From the NCBI GenBank assembly GCA_050290185.1, contig JBNKHE010000007.1:128001-192000 (forward strand): a stretch of 64,000 nt of DNA, read 5' to 3'. Positions 1-10,211 of the stretch are shown in pieces. The first letter of the stretch is position 1. The number at the start of each line of letters is the position of its first letter. The stretch comes from Pontiella sp. Its GTDB lineage: Bacteria > Verrucomicrobiota > Kiritimatiellia > Kiritimatiellales > Pontiellaceae. A program made the translations under genes and the position numbers. The notes under the pieces were generated by a model. The model was not told the origin of the DNA. It saw only the letters and a program-made list of their open reading frames with translations, and did no database searches.

Positions 1-252
1 ATCATCGGACTGTGCGAAAGCAACCAAAAGCTGCACCGGTTCGTGCCTCTGGATAGCCTTGATCTCAAATACGACGATTATATGGATATGCGCCTTGAAG
101 GTGGGATCCGGGTGCGTATGCCCCGCTACCGGCTGGGCCCCAAACTGCAGGAACTGGCGGCGATTATTCAGATCTCCACGGAACAGGGGCGGCGGGTGAA
201 AGAGGTCGATCTGACGCTGGAGACCGGCAAGGCCGTCACCACCTATTACTGA
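1..252 (+). CDS. ftsQ: Cell division protein FtsQ/DivIB, 3' end (partial)
   Basis: Frame is open from the window start and lies directly upstream of ftsA; C-terminal 'VDLT' resembles the FtsQ C-terminal strand. Based mainly on synteny. Confidence 0.55.
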   Translation: MIGLCESNQKLHRFVPLDSLDLKYDDYMDMRLEGGIRVRMPRYRLGPKLQELAAIIQISTEQGRRVKEVDLTLETGKAVTTYY

Positions 253-265
253 TAACGGGAACTCA

Positions 266-1492
266 ATGGCACTCCAGGCAACAGCAGTTTTAGAGATTGG
301 CACCAGTACGGTGCGCGTCATGGTAGGCGAGATTCGCAATGACGGAGTGGTTTCCGTGGTGGGCATCGGTGAAGCCGATTCCCGCGGTATCCGCAAGGGG
401 GAAATCATCAACCGCGATGATGCCATTACGTGTGTGCGCAAGGCGATCAAGACCGCCGAGAAAGATTGGCGCAAGAGTATCCATTCCGTGATTCTGATTA
501 CGTCGGGCGGACAGGCCGAATCGAAAAAAAGCACCGGTATTCATCGTGTGGTTGATCCCGCCGACAACCAGCTAACCGAAATCGATGGGCCCGATGTGGA
601 AGATGTGATCGAGATTGCCCGGAAAGTCTCACTTCCCGACAACCGGATTCGCCTTCATACGCTGCAGCAGTATTTCCAGGTCGACGATACACTCAATGTA
701 ACCAGTCCGATCGGAATGGCGTGCGAGGAGCTTCGCATCGATATGCTGACGATCCACGGCAAGCGCAGTGCAGTGGACAACTTCCGCAAGCTCGTCGACG
801 ATGTGCCGATCTCCTGCACCGATGCCGCTTTCAGCGGCCTGTGCGCCTCGCTGGCGGTACTCTCCGAGGAACAGAAGAAAGCGGGCGTGCTCGTGGTCGA
901 TATCGGTGGCGGAACGACCGACTACGTGCTCTGCTACGACGGCTTTGTGTTGACTGCGGGTTCGTTTTCCGTTGGCGGGGACCACGTGACGAATGATATC
1001 TCGATCGGCTTGCAAATTCCTCTCACCCAGGCGGAATACATCAAAAAGAAAGATGGGTGCGCCCTGACAAATCTCATGGAGCGCGATCACAACATTTCCA
1101 TCCCGGCCGCGACGCAGGGGTTCGGCGGGAAGATGGTTCGGGCCATCACCCTCAACACCATTATCAATGCACGCATGGAGGAAATCCTTACCCTGGTGAA
1201 AGATCAGGTTGATCGGGAGTGCCCGAACATTCCGCTGAGTGCGGGTGTTGTGCTGACCGGCGGCGGGTCCTTCCTGAATGGCGCGCGTGATCTGGGGCAA
1301 AAGGTATTCAACGTACCTTGCATGTATGGGAAACCTTTCGACGTACAGGGCCTGCCAACGGCAAAGGAGGGGCCGCTATACGCCTGCCATATCGGTGCCA
1401 TCCGCTATGCTGCTTCGTTGCACACGGTGGAGGAGAAGCCTTCGATTGCCAGCCGGTTGATGAAAACATTGTGGGGGGCTTCCAATGAGTGA
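266..1492 (+). CDS. ftsA: Cell division protein FtsA
   Basis: Actin-like motifs LEIGTS, VDIGGGTTD, GGDHVTNDI, VLTGGGS; C-terminal amphipathic helix; upstream of ftsZ. Confidence 0.93.
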   Translation: MALQATAVLEIGTSTVRVMVGEIRNDGVVSVVGIGEADSRGIRKGEIINRDDAITCVRKAIKTAEKDWRKSIHSVILITSGGQAESKKSTGIHRVVDPADNQLTEIDGPDVEDVIEIARKVSLPDNRIRLHTLQQYFQVDDTLNVTSPIGMACEELRIDMLTIHGKRSAVDNFRKLVDDVPISCTDAAFSGLCASLAVLSEEQKKAGVLVVDIGGGTTDYVLCYDGFVLTAGSFSVGGDHVTNDISIGLQIPLTQAEYIKKKDGCALTNLMERDHNISIPAATQGFGGKMVRAITLNTIINARMEEILTLVKDQVDRECPNIPLSAGVVLTGGGSFLNGARDLGQKVFNVPCMYGKPFDVQGLPTAKEGPLYACHIGAIRYAASLHTVEEKPSIASRLMKTLWGASNE

Positions 1493-2645
1493 TTCTGCCC
1501 AGACCGGAACCCGCCAGATCGCGGCGCCCCGAATCCTGGTGATGGGCGTGGGCAGCAGCGGAGCCCGTGCCGTAGCGGCCATGCATGGCCTGAACCCGGA
1601 GCTGTCGGCCGTTGTGGTCGATAGCGATGCCAAGGTCCTTCACGCCATGGATCCCGAGCGGGCCATCCAGGTTGGCGCCAGCATAACCCGTGGACTCAGT
1701 GCCGGCGGAGACGTGGAGCTGGGCCGCCAGTCCATTGAAAAGGATTCCTCGGGAATCCGGCAACGCTTGAGAAATGTCGATCTGCTGGTCGTGGTTGCCG
1801 GCCTGGGCGGCGGGATGGGATCCGGTGCGGTTCCGGTTATTACCCGTATTGCCCGCGAAGCCGGAACCCTTGTGCTCGCTCTGGTAGGGATGCCGTTTGC
1901 ATTCGAGGGCAAGAAAATTGCCCGGGTGGCTGATGATGCGCTTAAGCGCATTCGCACCCATGCCGATGCCATTGTTCGTATTCCCAACGAACGGTTGCTG
2001 GATCGGGCGGACGCCGATCTGCCGGTTGAGCAGGCCTTTGCGCGGAGCCACCAGGTTATGATGGACGGTATTTGCTCTCTTTGGCGTCTGCTATCCAGAA
2101 ACGGTGTATGCGGACTGGATTTTGCCTGCATACATACCATGCTCCGCAACTGCGACGGCTTATGCAACATGGTGGTGGTTGAAGGTTCCGGAGCCGACCG
2201 AGCCCAGGATGTTGCCGCGGCATTGTTGAAGCATCCTCTGCTGGGCAAGGGCAAGCTGCTGGGAAATGCCGCGGGTATTATCATCGGGATTACCGGCGGA
2301 CACGATCTGCGGTTCGGAGAAATCGAAACCGTCATGAACCAAATACAGGAACGCCTCCCGGAGGAAGATATCTGGCTGAATTTTGGTATTCTGGTGGAGC
2401 CGGGGTTTGAGGGCCGGATATCGGTCGCGGCACTCGTGGCGGAGCAGTGGAAGGAGCCGCTGGTTGACAGTGCCGGGCGGCAAATGGGATTCCGCTTCCA
2501 TCAAAAACGGATGCAGGAACAAGGCGAGCTGATGCTCGAAACCGTGGGCAAGGGGGAATTCGCCTACGTGGACCCCACCATTCACAACAACCAGGACCTC
2601 GATGTTCCCGCCTATATCCGCCGCGACATAAAGCTGCCAAGATAA
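1485..2645 (+). CDS. ftsZ: FtsZ-family cell division protein with degenerate GTPase motifs
   Basis: GLSAGGD, AGLGGGMGSG, PFAFEG, IPNERL and C-terminal DLDVPAYIRR; follows ftsA. Confidence 0.88.
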   Translation: MSDSAQTGTRQIAAPRILVMGVGSSGARAVAAMHGLNPELSAVVVDSDAKVLHAMDPERAIQVGASITRGLSAGGDVELGRQSIEKDSSGIRQRLRNVDLLVVVAGLGGGMGSGAVPVITRIAREAGTLVLALVGMPFAFEGKKIARVADDALKRIRTHADAIVRIPNERLLDRADADLPVEQAFARSHQVMMDGICSLWRLLSRNGVCGLDFACIHTMLRNCDGLCNMVVVEGSGADRAQDVAAALLKHPLLGKGKLLGNAAGIIIGITGGHDLRFGEIETVMNQIQERLPEEDIWLNFGILVEPGFEGRISVAALVAEQWKEPLVDSAGRQMGFRFHQKRMQEQGELMLETVGKGEFAYVDPTIHNNQDLDVPAYIRRDIKLPR

Positions 2646-2654
2646 GGGTGCGCG

Positions 2655-3278
2655 CTATTGCATGTAGAAATTGGTTGCCCGTTCGATGCCGATGGTCGTG
2701 TCCGGCCCATGTCCGGGAAAAACGCGGATGGCATCGGGGAGCTGTTTGAGCTTGTTCAGGGATTCCTTCATCTGGCGCGGATCACCGCCTGGAAGATCGG
2801 TCCGTCCGCATGAACCCTTGAACAGGGTGTCGCCTACAATCAGCATATCGTCTTCAGGGAGCAGAAGGCAACAGGAGCCAGGGGTATGACCCGGTGTTTC
2901 GATGCATTGGAGGTGAATGCCGCCCAGCTCCCAATCCTTTTGCTTTTCCAAGGGGAGAAAGCGTTCCGCATCCGGTCGCTGGGGAACGGCATAATAGGGC
3001 TCGATCTGGTTGCGTTGCTCGAAGGCCCAGACCCAGTCGTTGGAATGCATGGCGATAGGGGCGGGGTGGTCGGTGTGCAGTGCGGCCAGGGCATTGATGT
3101 GGTCGGCGTGGCCATGGGTGCATACGTAGGCCGCAACCTGTAATTCATTTTGCTCGATGGCCTCGATAATCAGCTCTGCATCATGCCCCGGATCGAAAAC
3201 CAAGGCCTGAAGCGAGTCGTTCCAGACCAGATAGCATATTTCCTGAAAAGCGCCCGTAACGATCGGTTTAATATTCAT
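2655..3278 (-). CDS. MBL-fold metallo-hydrolase (glyoxalase II-like)
   Basis: THGHADH, TPGHTPG, GDTLF, PGHG motifs. Confidence 0.9.
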   Translation of the reverse strand: MNIKPIVTGAFQEICYLVWNDSLQALVFDPGHDAELIIEAIEQNELQVAAYVCTHGHADHINALAALHTDHPAPIAMHSNDWVWAFEQRNQIEPYYAVPQRPDAERFLPLEKQKDWELGGIHLQCIETPGHTPGSCCLLLPEDDMLIVGDTLFKGSCGRTDLPGGDPRQMKESLNKLKQLPDAIRVFPGHGPDTTIGIERATNFYMQ

Positions 3279-3292
3279 GGCTTGCTGTAAGG

Positions 3293-3844
3293 CTAGTCGG
3301 CTTTTTCTGCTACATTGGCTTTTCGCGTGAATGCGCAGTCAATCACCATGTTTCCCTGCAGTTTTCCCGTGTTTTTGCCCATTGGTTTGATATTCAGTGT
3401 CCGGACATTGTATCGAACACCCTGTTGCTGAAGCTCCGTAAGGAATCCGACCATGGCATCCAGCTTACCCTGCCATGTACAGTTGATGCCCAGCTCAAAC
3501 AAGTCACCCGTAGGTTTTTCCCCCAGGGGATTTGTTTTTGAAATCACCAGTTCGTAGCGATCTGCAATGCTGTTCACGATTTTCATCAGTTCGGGCGAGA
3601 CGGACCGTTGCGAGGTGTCGAACACGCGCAAATCCTTTTCGAGATGCTGGAGTTCGTCGACCCAATTGTCCTGCATCCGGATCGCGGCTTGATGTCGCGC
3701 TATTTGTTCCTTGAGCTGCGTGATTTCCAGCTTTTTGGATTTCCATTCGCCGACCTTGCCGTTTACGCCAAGCCATGTTCCGCCCAAGACGACGCAGGCC
3801 ATGGTGGCAATTCCAAGCATCAATTCCCGTTCGGTAATTTTCAT
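3293..3844 (-). CDS. Type II secretion GspM / PilO-like protein
   Basis: N-terminal 'TERE' plus TM helix, coiled coil, ferredoxin-like C-terminus; position in the cluster. Confidence 0.65.
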   Translation of the reverse strand: MKITERELMLGIATMACVVLGGTWLGVNGKVGEWKSKKLEITQLKEQIARHQAAIRMQDNWVDELQHLEKDLRVFDTSQRSVSPELMKIVNSIADRYELVISKTNPLGEKPTGDLFELGINCTWQGKLDAMVGFLTELQQQGVRYNVRTLNIKPMGKNTGKLQGNMVIDCAFTRKANVAEKAD

Positions 3845-5235
3845 TGGGCGTCCTCCTCGTCCGGCAACATGAGATTTACGGAAAAAACGGCTCGTTGTAC
3901 GCCCTTTGTCTGCTTGTTGTCGATCCGTTGATCCTTGAGCCGAATAAAGAGCTCGGATGTGGTCAGGGCATCGAAAAATTCATATACGCTGTCGTCACTC
4001 TCGGCGGTTCCGCGCAGCGTAACCCCTTTGTTCTTGTTATATTTGTAGGTGACGAATTCAATATCCCCCGGCGGAAGCATACGTGTAACCTCGCGAAGAC
4101 ATTCGAGGGCGGAGTCCGAGCGGTCGGCGTAGCTGGTCAATGCTCTGAGCTTCTTTCTGTTTTCGATCGCTTTGTCCGCCTGGGGAGCAAGTGCAGCCTC
4201 TTTTTTCTGAACCTTCTTCAACGCGATTGCCCGGGTCTGGTAGACGGTGGTCAAGGTAATCAAAGCCGCCAGCCACACCACTCCGATGATCGCCGTACTG
4301 ATCAGGAATTTTTTCTTTAGTTGTTTGAATTTCTGGAGGTCAACCCATTCCCGTGGGATCAGCTCGATGCGGATTTTCTTGTTCTGCGTCCGTTCGATGA
4401 TTCCCTCGGAAAGGGGGGGCAGCAAGGTTAGGCGGTTTTGGCGGACTGCCAATCCCGTTCGGGCGCTCAAGGCCGAGATCGTGGTTTCCGCAATCTCGGA
4501 ACGATTCCAGATTTCGATCGTCTCCGGTGCCTGAAGCTCGTGCTCTGCATCGAGCGTGGTCAACGTGTATCCAATTTCATCGGCGAGTTCGCCGGCCAGA
4601 TTTCCACCGTCCTCTGGTACCGGCAGCGAACGGAAGGCCAGAGGGACGCCGTTGGACATCACGACCAGAGCGAAATCGATTCCATCGTCGACAATTACGA
4701 TTTCACACCCGTCTCCTGCCAGGCGCTTTTCTTTTTCCAGCAGGTAAAGCCACCCCAGAATGCGCGCATCGATACTATGGATATGTATGCCTTTGTGAAC
4801 AAATGTATCACCAATGGCATCGATACATTGATGTTTAACCGCAGCCATGAGCACGAGCGATTCGTTTTCTGTTTCACGCAGGATTTCATGGGATACGGCC
4901 AGCTGATCCAGTGGGAACGGGGAGACCTTGTCGATCTGGAAGTCCACCATGCTGGTAATCTCGTCCGGATCCTTGGTCGGGAACTCCATGGTGCGCATCA
5001 GCAGTTCCGACGTGCGAATCGATACGGTAAGGTCTCCTGCCAGCTTTTCCTCGATTTCATCGCCCAGTTGCAGGGCGGCTAGACCGGCATATCCTGCTGC
5101 GGAGTCCGCAACAGGGCAGGGAAGGCTGCTCTGTTCAACGATTTCATTGCCATCCTGTTTGATTTTCAGGGTGGTCCATTCAATGCCGTCCGGGATCAGG
5201 CATGCCGCTGTAATAGTCTTGTCGCGCATTCGCAT
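3841..5235 (-). CDS. Type II secretion GspL / PilM-PilN-like protein
   Basis: Actin-like cytoplasmic domain (SPFPLDQL), one TM helix, PilN-like C-terminus (VTLRGTA). Confidence 0.7.
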   Translation of the reverse strand: MRMRDKTITAACLIPDGIEWTTLKIKQDGNEIVEQSSLPCPVADSAAGYAGLAALQLGDEIEEKLAGDLTVSIRTSELLMRTMEFPTKDPDEITSMVDFQIDKVSPFPLDQLAVSHEILRETENESLVLMAAVKHQCIDAIGDTFVHKGIHIHSIDARILGWLYLLEKEKRLAGDGCEIVIVDDGIDFALVVMSNGVPLAFRSLPVPEDGGNLAGELADEIGYTLTTLDAEHELQAPETIEIWNRSEIAETTISALSARTGLAVRQNRLTLLPPLSEGIIERTQNKKIRIELIPREWVDLQKFKQLKKKFLISTAIIGVVWLAALITLTTVYQTRAIALKKVQKKEAALAPQADKAIENRKKLRALTSYADRSDSALECLREVTRMLPPGDIEFVTYKYNKNKGVTLRGTAESDDSVYEFFDALTTSELFIRLKDQRIDNKQTKGVQRAVFSVNLMLPDEEDAQ

Positions 5236-5236
5236 T

Positions 5237-6232
5237 TTACTTAACCGGTCCTTCGTTCCAGTACACTACAACCGAACCCTTGTTCTTCAGCAGAAGGATA
5301 CTTTCGATCCTGTATTTGCTTCCAAATGATTCGCCAATAGAAGTTACCTTTACAAAATTACTTTGCAATTTAAATTTGGACGCGTCGAGGCCGTCAAGAT
5401 TGGTTAATCCGTCGTCCGAAGTGCCGGGAAGGCCATCGGGTCCGGCTCGCAAATCGACGATGTCCAAGATTTGCTCGTCAGTCAGTCCCGCAGCACGCAT
5501 GGCCTCGACTGAGGCGGTATTCAAGTTGAGTCGTCCGTCTCCCCATACGGTTAGGAATTCGGCAATGCCGTAGATGGCGTCGCCGTCTTCGTCGGCCGGT
5601 TTTCCGTACAGGATGTCAGGCCCCCAGTTCTTGATCATTAACAGTTCCTCTACGCTGTCCAGCGGGCCGTTTTTGACGGGATATCCGCGGTCTTCGTAGA
5701 ACGGGTCGTCCGATTCGGCGCCGCTGAGCCCGTGCAGGTCGTTTGCGTCTTTCCAATCCTCCATACAGTCTATCATGGCGTCCCATTCGGTGGAGGGCAC
5801 GTTGGCCATTTCAAAAATATCAAGCCAGTCATCCCTGTTCAGACTGTTGACGTTCAATCGCCCTTCGGCAGATTCGATGGTGACCTCAAATCGGCCATTT
5901 CCAAGTTCGATTTCCGAGGTGGAGGGAAGTCCGCGCTGCACATAAAGGGCCGCCTGCATAAAGCCGTCCCGGTCTTCGTCCATGTCTTCGATCTCAAGCT
6001 CTTTGGCCTTGGATTGCTGGTCGAGAATGGCGCGGGCATATTCGATGCCGGAACGGGCCATGGCTTCGGCATGGAACCGCTTTTTCTTGTACGAGGCCAG
6101 CATGGCTTCCAGCTTGGATTCAAAAGAAAAGGCTCCGACAATAAATGCCAGAATGGTGATGACGCCAAGAACCGCCAGCAGGGCGACTCCCTCTTTATTC
6201 TTTTTACGTTGGATCCTGGTGCGGTTCATCAT
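5237..6232 (-). CDS. gspK: Type II secretion minor pseudopilin GspK
   Basis: GVALLAVL prepilin-like start; GRLNVN, DWKDAND, GAESDDPFY, LNLNTAS motifs. Confidence 0.85.
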   Translation of the reverse strand: MMNRTRIQRKKNKEGVALLAVLGVITILAFIVGAFSFESKLEAMLASYKKKRFHAEAMARSGIEYARAILDQQSKAKELEIEDMDEDRDGFMQAALYVQRGLPSTSEIELGNGRFEVTIESAEGRLNVNSLNRDDWLDIFEMANVPSTEWDAMIDCMEDWKDANDLHGLSGAESDDPFYEDRGYPVKNGPLDSVEELLMIKNWGPDILYGKPADEDGDAIYGIAEFLTVWGDGRLNLNTASVEAMRAAGLTDEQILDIVDLRAGPDGLPGTSDDGLTNLDGLDASKFKLQSNFVKVTSIGESFGSKYRIESILLLKNKGSVVVYWNEGPVK

Positions 6233-6239
6233 ATTTCCG

Positions 6240-6983
6240 TTATTGACGGCGCTTATTATTGTTTTGTCCGGTCGTGGCCGGACTTTTCAATCGCTCGGCC
6301 ACCGATTCAAACACGGGGATTTCAATCACGCGGGTAAAACGTATCGGCTCTTCGTCTTCATCGGGCGAGGTAACGTATAGATCAATGAGAATGCGCTCGG
6401 GTACCGAATTGTCGGATTCCCACTCCTCAGTCCACGTCTCCTGATCCTTATCCCAGAACTGAATTTCTAGACCGCTGATGGATCGGGAGATCAGTATGGG
6501 ATCGACGGCATATTCATCTTCAAAATCGTTCGGGTTAGCAATGGCGGGCATGGGAAGCGCAAAGAGGGCGGGGTCCCCGTCATCATCGGGATCGATAAAG
6601 AGTTTCAGTCGGTGTGGTCCCTTGGCGTAGGGGGAATCCACCGGCATGAATGAGCTGCTGGCTGTCACAAAGCTTAGCGTGTCGGATGGGAGTCCATACG
6701 TGCTGTCCTTCTCCACGGTAAAGGCGTAGACCTTGCGGGCATTGAAAAAATAGATGGTGGAATCGAGGGCCGATACCAGCTGGCTCATGGCAAAGTCGCC
6801 ATGCTTGATGCCGTCGGCCACTTCCGTGCCGCGTTTCCATCCCCGAATGGTTGCGCTGAAGACTTCGAAGGCGATGGACATGGCGATGACCAGAATCACG
6901 ATGGCCACCATTACCTCAAGCATGCTGAAGCCGTCGCGTCTGCATCTTTCGGAATACAGATTATTTCGGTTCATGCTTTTCAT
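6240..6983 (-). CDS. Prepilin-type pseudopilin (GspJ-like)
   Basis: GFSMLEVMVA N-methylation motif; C-terminal W...W...P pattern; upstream of gspK. Confidence 0.75.
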   Translation of the reverse strand: MKSMNRNNLYSERCRRDGFSMLEVMVAIVILVIAMSIAFEVFSATIRGWKRGTEVADGIKHGDFAMSQLVSALDSTIYFFNARKVYAFTVEKDSTYGLPSDTLSFVTASSSFMPVDSPYAKGPHRLKLFIDPDDDGDPALFALPMPAIANPNDFEDEYAVDPILISRSISGLEIQFWDKDQETWTEEWESDNSVPERILIDLYVTSPDEDEEPIRFTRVIEIPVFESVAERLKSPATTGQNNNKRRQ

Positions 6984-7390
6984 AGCTGGCTTGTAACGAC
7001 CTCGGCGTCGGGTGCATACCGATATCCCGTAATTTCCTCGAAGGCATCACGGCCGTGCTCAGCCCATTGCACTCGGGTAGTGACCAGAAACAGGCCGGGG
7101 CGTTCTTCCTGATCGACGATCTGGATATCCCTGTGCCAGCGATATCCGTCCATATCCTCAAACGTGCCGGACTCGGATGATTCGTCCATGTCGACGCTCT
7201 CAATGGGATTCTCCACGTCAACCCGCGCAATAAGTTCACGCGCCACTTCACGGCTCCGGGCGGTGCGGACGACGGACAGGCAACGGGACATGGCCATCAG
7301 CAGGGCGGATGCTCCAATGCTCAGAATCACCATGGCCAGCATTACTTCGATCAGGGTCAGGCCTGTTTTGGATGGATGAGTTCTTCTCAT
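6980..7390 (-). CDS. Prepilin-type pseudopilin (GspI-like)
   Basis: GLTLIEVMLA motif; SGTF...YRW pattern. Start chosen at ATG 7390. Confidence 0.75.
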   Translation of the reverse strand: MRRTHPSKTGLTLIEVMLAMVILSIGASALLMAMSRCLSVVRTARSREVARELIARVDVENPIESVDMDESSESGTFEDMDGYRWHRDIQIVDQEERPGLFLVTTRVQWAEHGRDAFEEITGYRYAPDAEVVTSQL

Positions 7391-7602
7391 AAATAAAGTG
7401 ATTGTTCCCATTCGGTCGGGTTAAATAAAGACAAACCTGCCCCGCTTTTTATTGCCGACGCAATTCATTGTTTTTATCCGGCGGCGCGGGAAGGAAGAAT
7501 GAATGTTATCGGCGGTTTGCCTTTATGGCTCCAATTTGGCAACCTTTCTGCTTATTAACGGGGTTTATGACACGGATTGAAATCATGGCAGGATATTTAT
7601 CT

Positions 7603-8370
7603 ATGAACAGAATGGTTGGTGCGGTTTTACTCGTCTTTGCCGTTTCGGTTGCCGCCTGGGCCGGATCGACGTTCGAATGCAATTTCAATAATCTCGCCGA
7701 AGGGCAGATCGATGGACAGCCGGGTTGGGAGGTATTCGACAAGGTAAAGGATTCGTCGGCCTTATCGGTAGCCACCGAAGTAGGTACAACGGAAGCAACT
7801 CAGGACAAGGCCCTGATCGTAAAGTCGTCCAATGAGTCGATCCGGTGTATCACGGATGAACCCATACGTTGGCTGCGCAAGCAGACGGCTTCGGTCGAAT
7901 TTGATTTCCGGGTGGTTGTTCCGAAAGGAAAGGTCGAAGAAAACCGCTCTGCAATGGTGCTGCTGTTGGGCAACTCGGTGCTGAATGAAAAAGCGAGCTG
8001 GATGGTGCATCTGGATGCAACCACCAATGGAACCTGGCAATTGATTGCCGCGCTTCCTGATGAGGCGTCGCAAAGCATACCGGTCGAGAAGCTTGCATTC
8101 ACGGAGATGGAGTCAACGCTGGTTTCAGGCTGGCTTCACTGCATCGTGTCGGTAGAGAAACTTTCCGCGCCCGACTCATTCAGTTCCTCCGTCACCCTTC
8201 TCGATAGTGCCGGAGAAACCGTGGCTTCCTTGACGTGCTCGGACTCCAACAAGGACAAGGTCACCAAAGCCATGTGGAACCTGTCACGGCTACATGCTGG
8301 ATTCATGGCTTCGAAGAATCTTCGCGGCCTGTCCTGCATCGACAATTTTCAGTTTACCACCGAGCCCTGA
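7603..8370 (+). CDS. Secreted hypothetical protein (beta-rich)
   Basis: Sec-type signal peptide MNRMVGAVLLVFAVSVAAWA; long ORF. Confidence 0.6.
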   Translation: MNRMVGAVLLVFAVSVAAWAGSTFECNFNNLAEGQIDGQPGWEVFDKVKDSSALSVATEVGTTEATQDKALIVKSSNESIRCITDEPIRWLRKQTASVEFDFRVVVPKGKVEENRSAMVLLLGNSVLNEKASWMVHLDATTNGTWQLIAALPDEASQSIPVEKLAFTEMESTLVSGWLHCIVSVEKLSAPDSFSSSVTLLDSAGETVASLTCSDSNKDKVTKAMWNLSRLHAGFMASKNLRGLSCIDNFQFTTEP

Positions 8371-8468
8371 CGTCCGGTTTGGCGCCGCGTACGCAACCAG
8401 CTCCTGAATTGCCTTGACTGGGAAAGCGAATTTCCAATCATAAGCACCTTTGTTTCAGGTGCAAACCA

Positions 8469-8834
8469 TTGGAAAAGGAGTATTCCGTGTTTTCTGGAGG
8501 AACTTTTATCAAGGCAGCTATGGATCGGCGCGGCTATAAGCATCGCCGGACCGAAGACCAGTTCATCATTCGCGGCGAGTATGCCCGCAATCTGCAGTAT
8601 GTGTATTCCAAGGAGACGCAGACCCGTGACGGGTTGGTGATCGATCTGGTCTATTTTGCAGCCGACATGCTGGGCGAAAAGCTTGTCATTGGTCTTTACC
8701 GCGAAAACCCGCAGATTGAAAACGGACTCTATGTCAACGCCTCCCGGTCGCTCAGCCTTGAACAATTCAACCGGGAAAACGTGGAGAAAGAACTCGATAA
8801 GCTGATTCCCCCGATCAAAGAACGTTTTAAATAA
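8469..8834 (+). CDS. Hypothetical protein
   Basis: 121-aa ORF directly upstream of dapL; start codon uncertain. Confidence 0.5.
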   Translation: MEKEYSVFSGGTFIKAAMDRRGYKHRRTEDQFIIRGEYARNLQYVYSKETQTRDGLVIDLVYFAADMLGEKLVIGLYRENPQIENGLYVNASRSLSLEQFNRENVEKELDKLIPPIKERFK

Positions 8835-8845
8835 AGGAGAATATC

Positions 8846-10066
8846 ATGAATTACGAAAAGCTGTTTGCCGACCGTATCGGTGGCTCCCAGTTCGGTAAAT
8901 CGACCGAAATCTACAAGTTTGAAAAAATCAAGCGCGCCAAGGCCAAGGCCCGCGCCACCATGCCGGATCTTGAAATTCTTGATTTCGGCGTCGGCGAACC
9001 CGACCAGATGGCACCGGCCCCGATCCGCGAAGCATTGAAGGTTGAGGTCGATAAACCGGAAAACCGCGGTTATGCCGACAACGGCGTCGCCGAGTTCAAG
9101 GACGCGGCGGCCCAATACATGAAGGACTTTTTCGGAGTCGAGCTCGATCCATCCACGGAAATCAACCATAGCATCGGAACCAAGCCGGCGTTGGCCATGC
9201 TTCCGCTCGCCTTCGTCAATCCGGGCGATATCGTATTCCAGACGGTGCCGGGCTACCCGGTCATGGCCACGCATTCGAAATATCTCGGTGCCGAAGTGGT
9301 CGATATTCCGCTGCTGGAAGAAAACGCTTTCCTTCCGGATCTTTCCAAAATTGACCCGGCATTGGCCGAGCGCTGCAAGCTTTTCTATATCAACTATCCG
9401 AACAATCCTACGGGTGCGGTTGCTACGCCGGAGTTCTACGACGAGCTGATCGCCTTCGCGAAAAAGTACAACATTCTTGTCGTGCAGGACGCTCCCTATT
9501 CCACGCTGGTCTATGATGGCGAGCCAACCTCCATGCTCCAACGGCCCGGGGCAAAGGAGTGCACACTCGAATTACACTCCATGTCCAAGGCCTACAACAT
9601 GACCGGATGGCGCCTTGCATTTTTCTGCGGGGCCGAATGGGCCGTCAACGCGCTGGCGACCATCAAGGACAACTGTGACAGCGGCCAGTTCAAGGCCATC
9701 CAGAAGGCCGCCTGCGCCGGCATCGCCGACCGGAGTCTGGCCGAGGGCATTCGCGACCACTACGAAAAGCGCCTTCGCCGCATGGTGGAAGTGCTTCAGG
9801 AAGCCGGGTTCGGTGCGAAAATGCCGGGCGGTACGTTCTTTATGTATCTGAAGGCGCCGAAAAGGGCGGGCGAAGTCGAATTCGCCAACGCCGAAGAAGC
9901 TTCGCTTTATCTCATCGAAAAATTCGGTATCTCAACGGTTCCGTGGGACAACACCGGCCCGTTCATTCGCTTCGGCGCGGTCTTTGAATCCGAAGGCGAT
10001 GCCGATGACGAACGCGTACTCAACGAACTGGCAACGCGGCTGAAAAAAGCCGACCTTAAATTCTAA
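8846..10066 (+). CDS. dapL: LL-diaminopimelate aminotransferase (class I/II PLP enzyme)
   Basis: GVGEPD, NYPNNPTG, DAPY, HSMSKAYNMTGWR, DSGQF; SD AAGGAG. Confidence 0.85.
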   Translation: MNYEKLFADRIGGSQFGKSTEIYKFEKIKRAKAKARATMPDLEILDFGVGEPDQMAPAPIREALKVEVDKPENRGYADNGVAEFKDAAAQYMKDFFGVELDPSTEINHSIGTKPALAMLPLAFVNPGDIVFQTVPGYPVMATHSKYLGAEVVDIPLLEENAFLPDLSKIDPALAERCKLFYINYPNNPTGAVATPEFYDELIAFAKKYNILVVQDAPYSTLVYDGEPTSMLQRPGAKECTLELHSMSKAYNMTGWRLAFFCGAEWAVNALATIKDNCDSGQFKAIQKAACAGIADRSLAEGIRDHYEKRLRRMVEVLQEAGFGAKMPGGTFFMYLKAPKRAGEVEFANAEEASLYLIEKFGISTVPWDNTGPFIRFGAVFESEGDADDERVLNELATRLKKADLKF

Positions 10067-10089
10067 GGCGTTGAGGAACGCTTTGCCAT

Positions 10090-10126
10090 AACGGTCGCCT
10101 GCATCCTGCAGGGGGCCGTTTTTTTT
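10090..10126 (+). terminator. Rho-independent terminator
   Basis: AACGGTCGCCTGCA-TCC-TGCAGGGGGCCGTT hairpin followed by a T run, after dapL. Confidence 0.7.
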
Positions 10127-10211
10127 GTGCTCCAAACCCTGAAGTGGACAGCTGGTCATCCGGGTGTTAGTCTTCGTTCCGATCAGCGGGTAACGAGTGG
10201 AGACAGGACGT

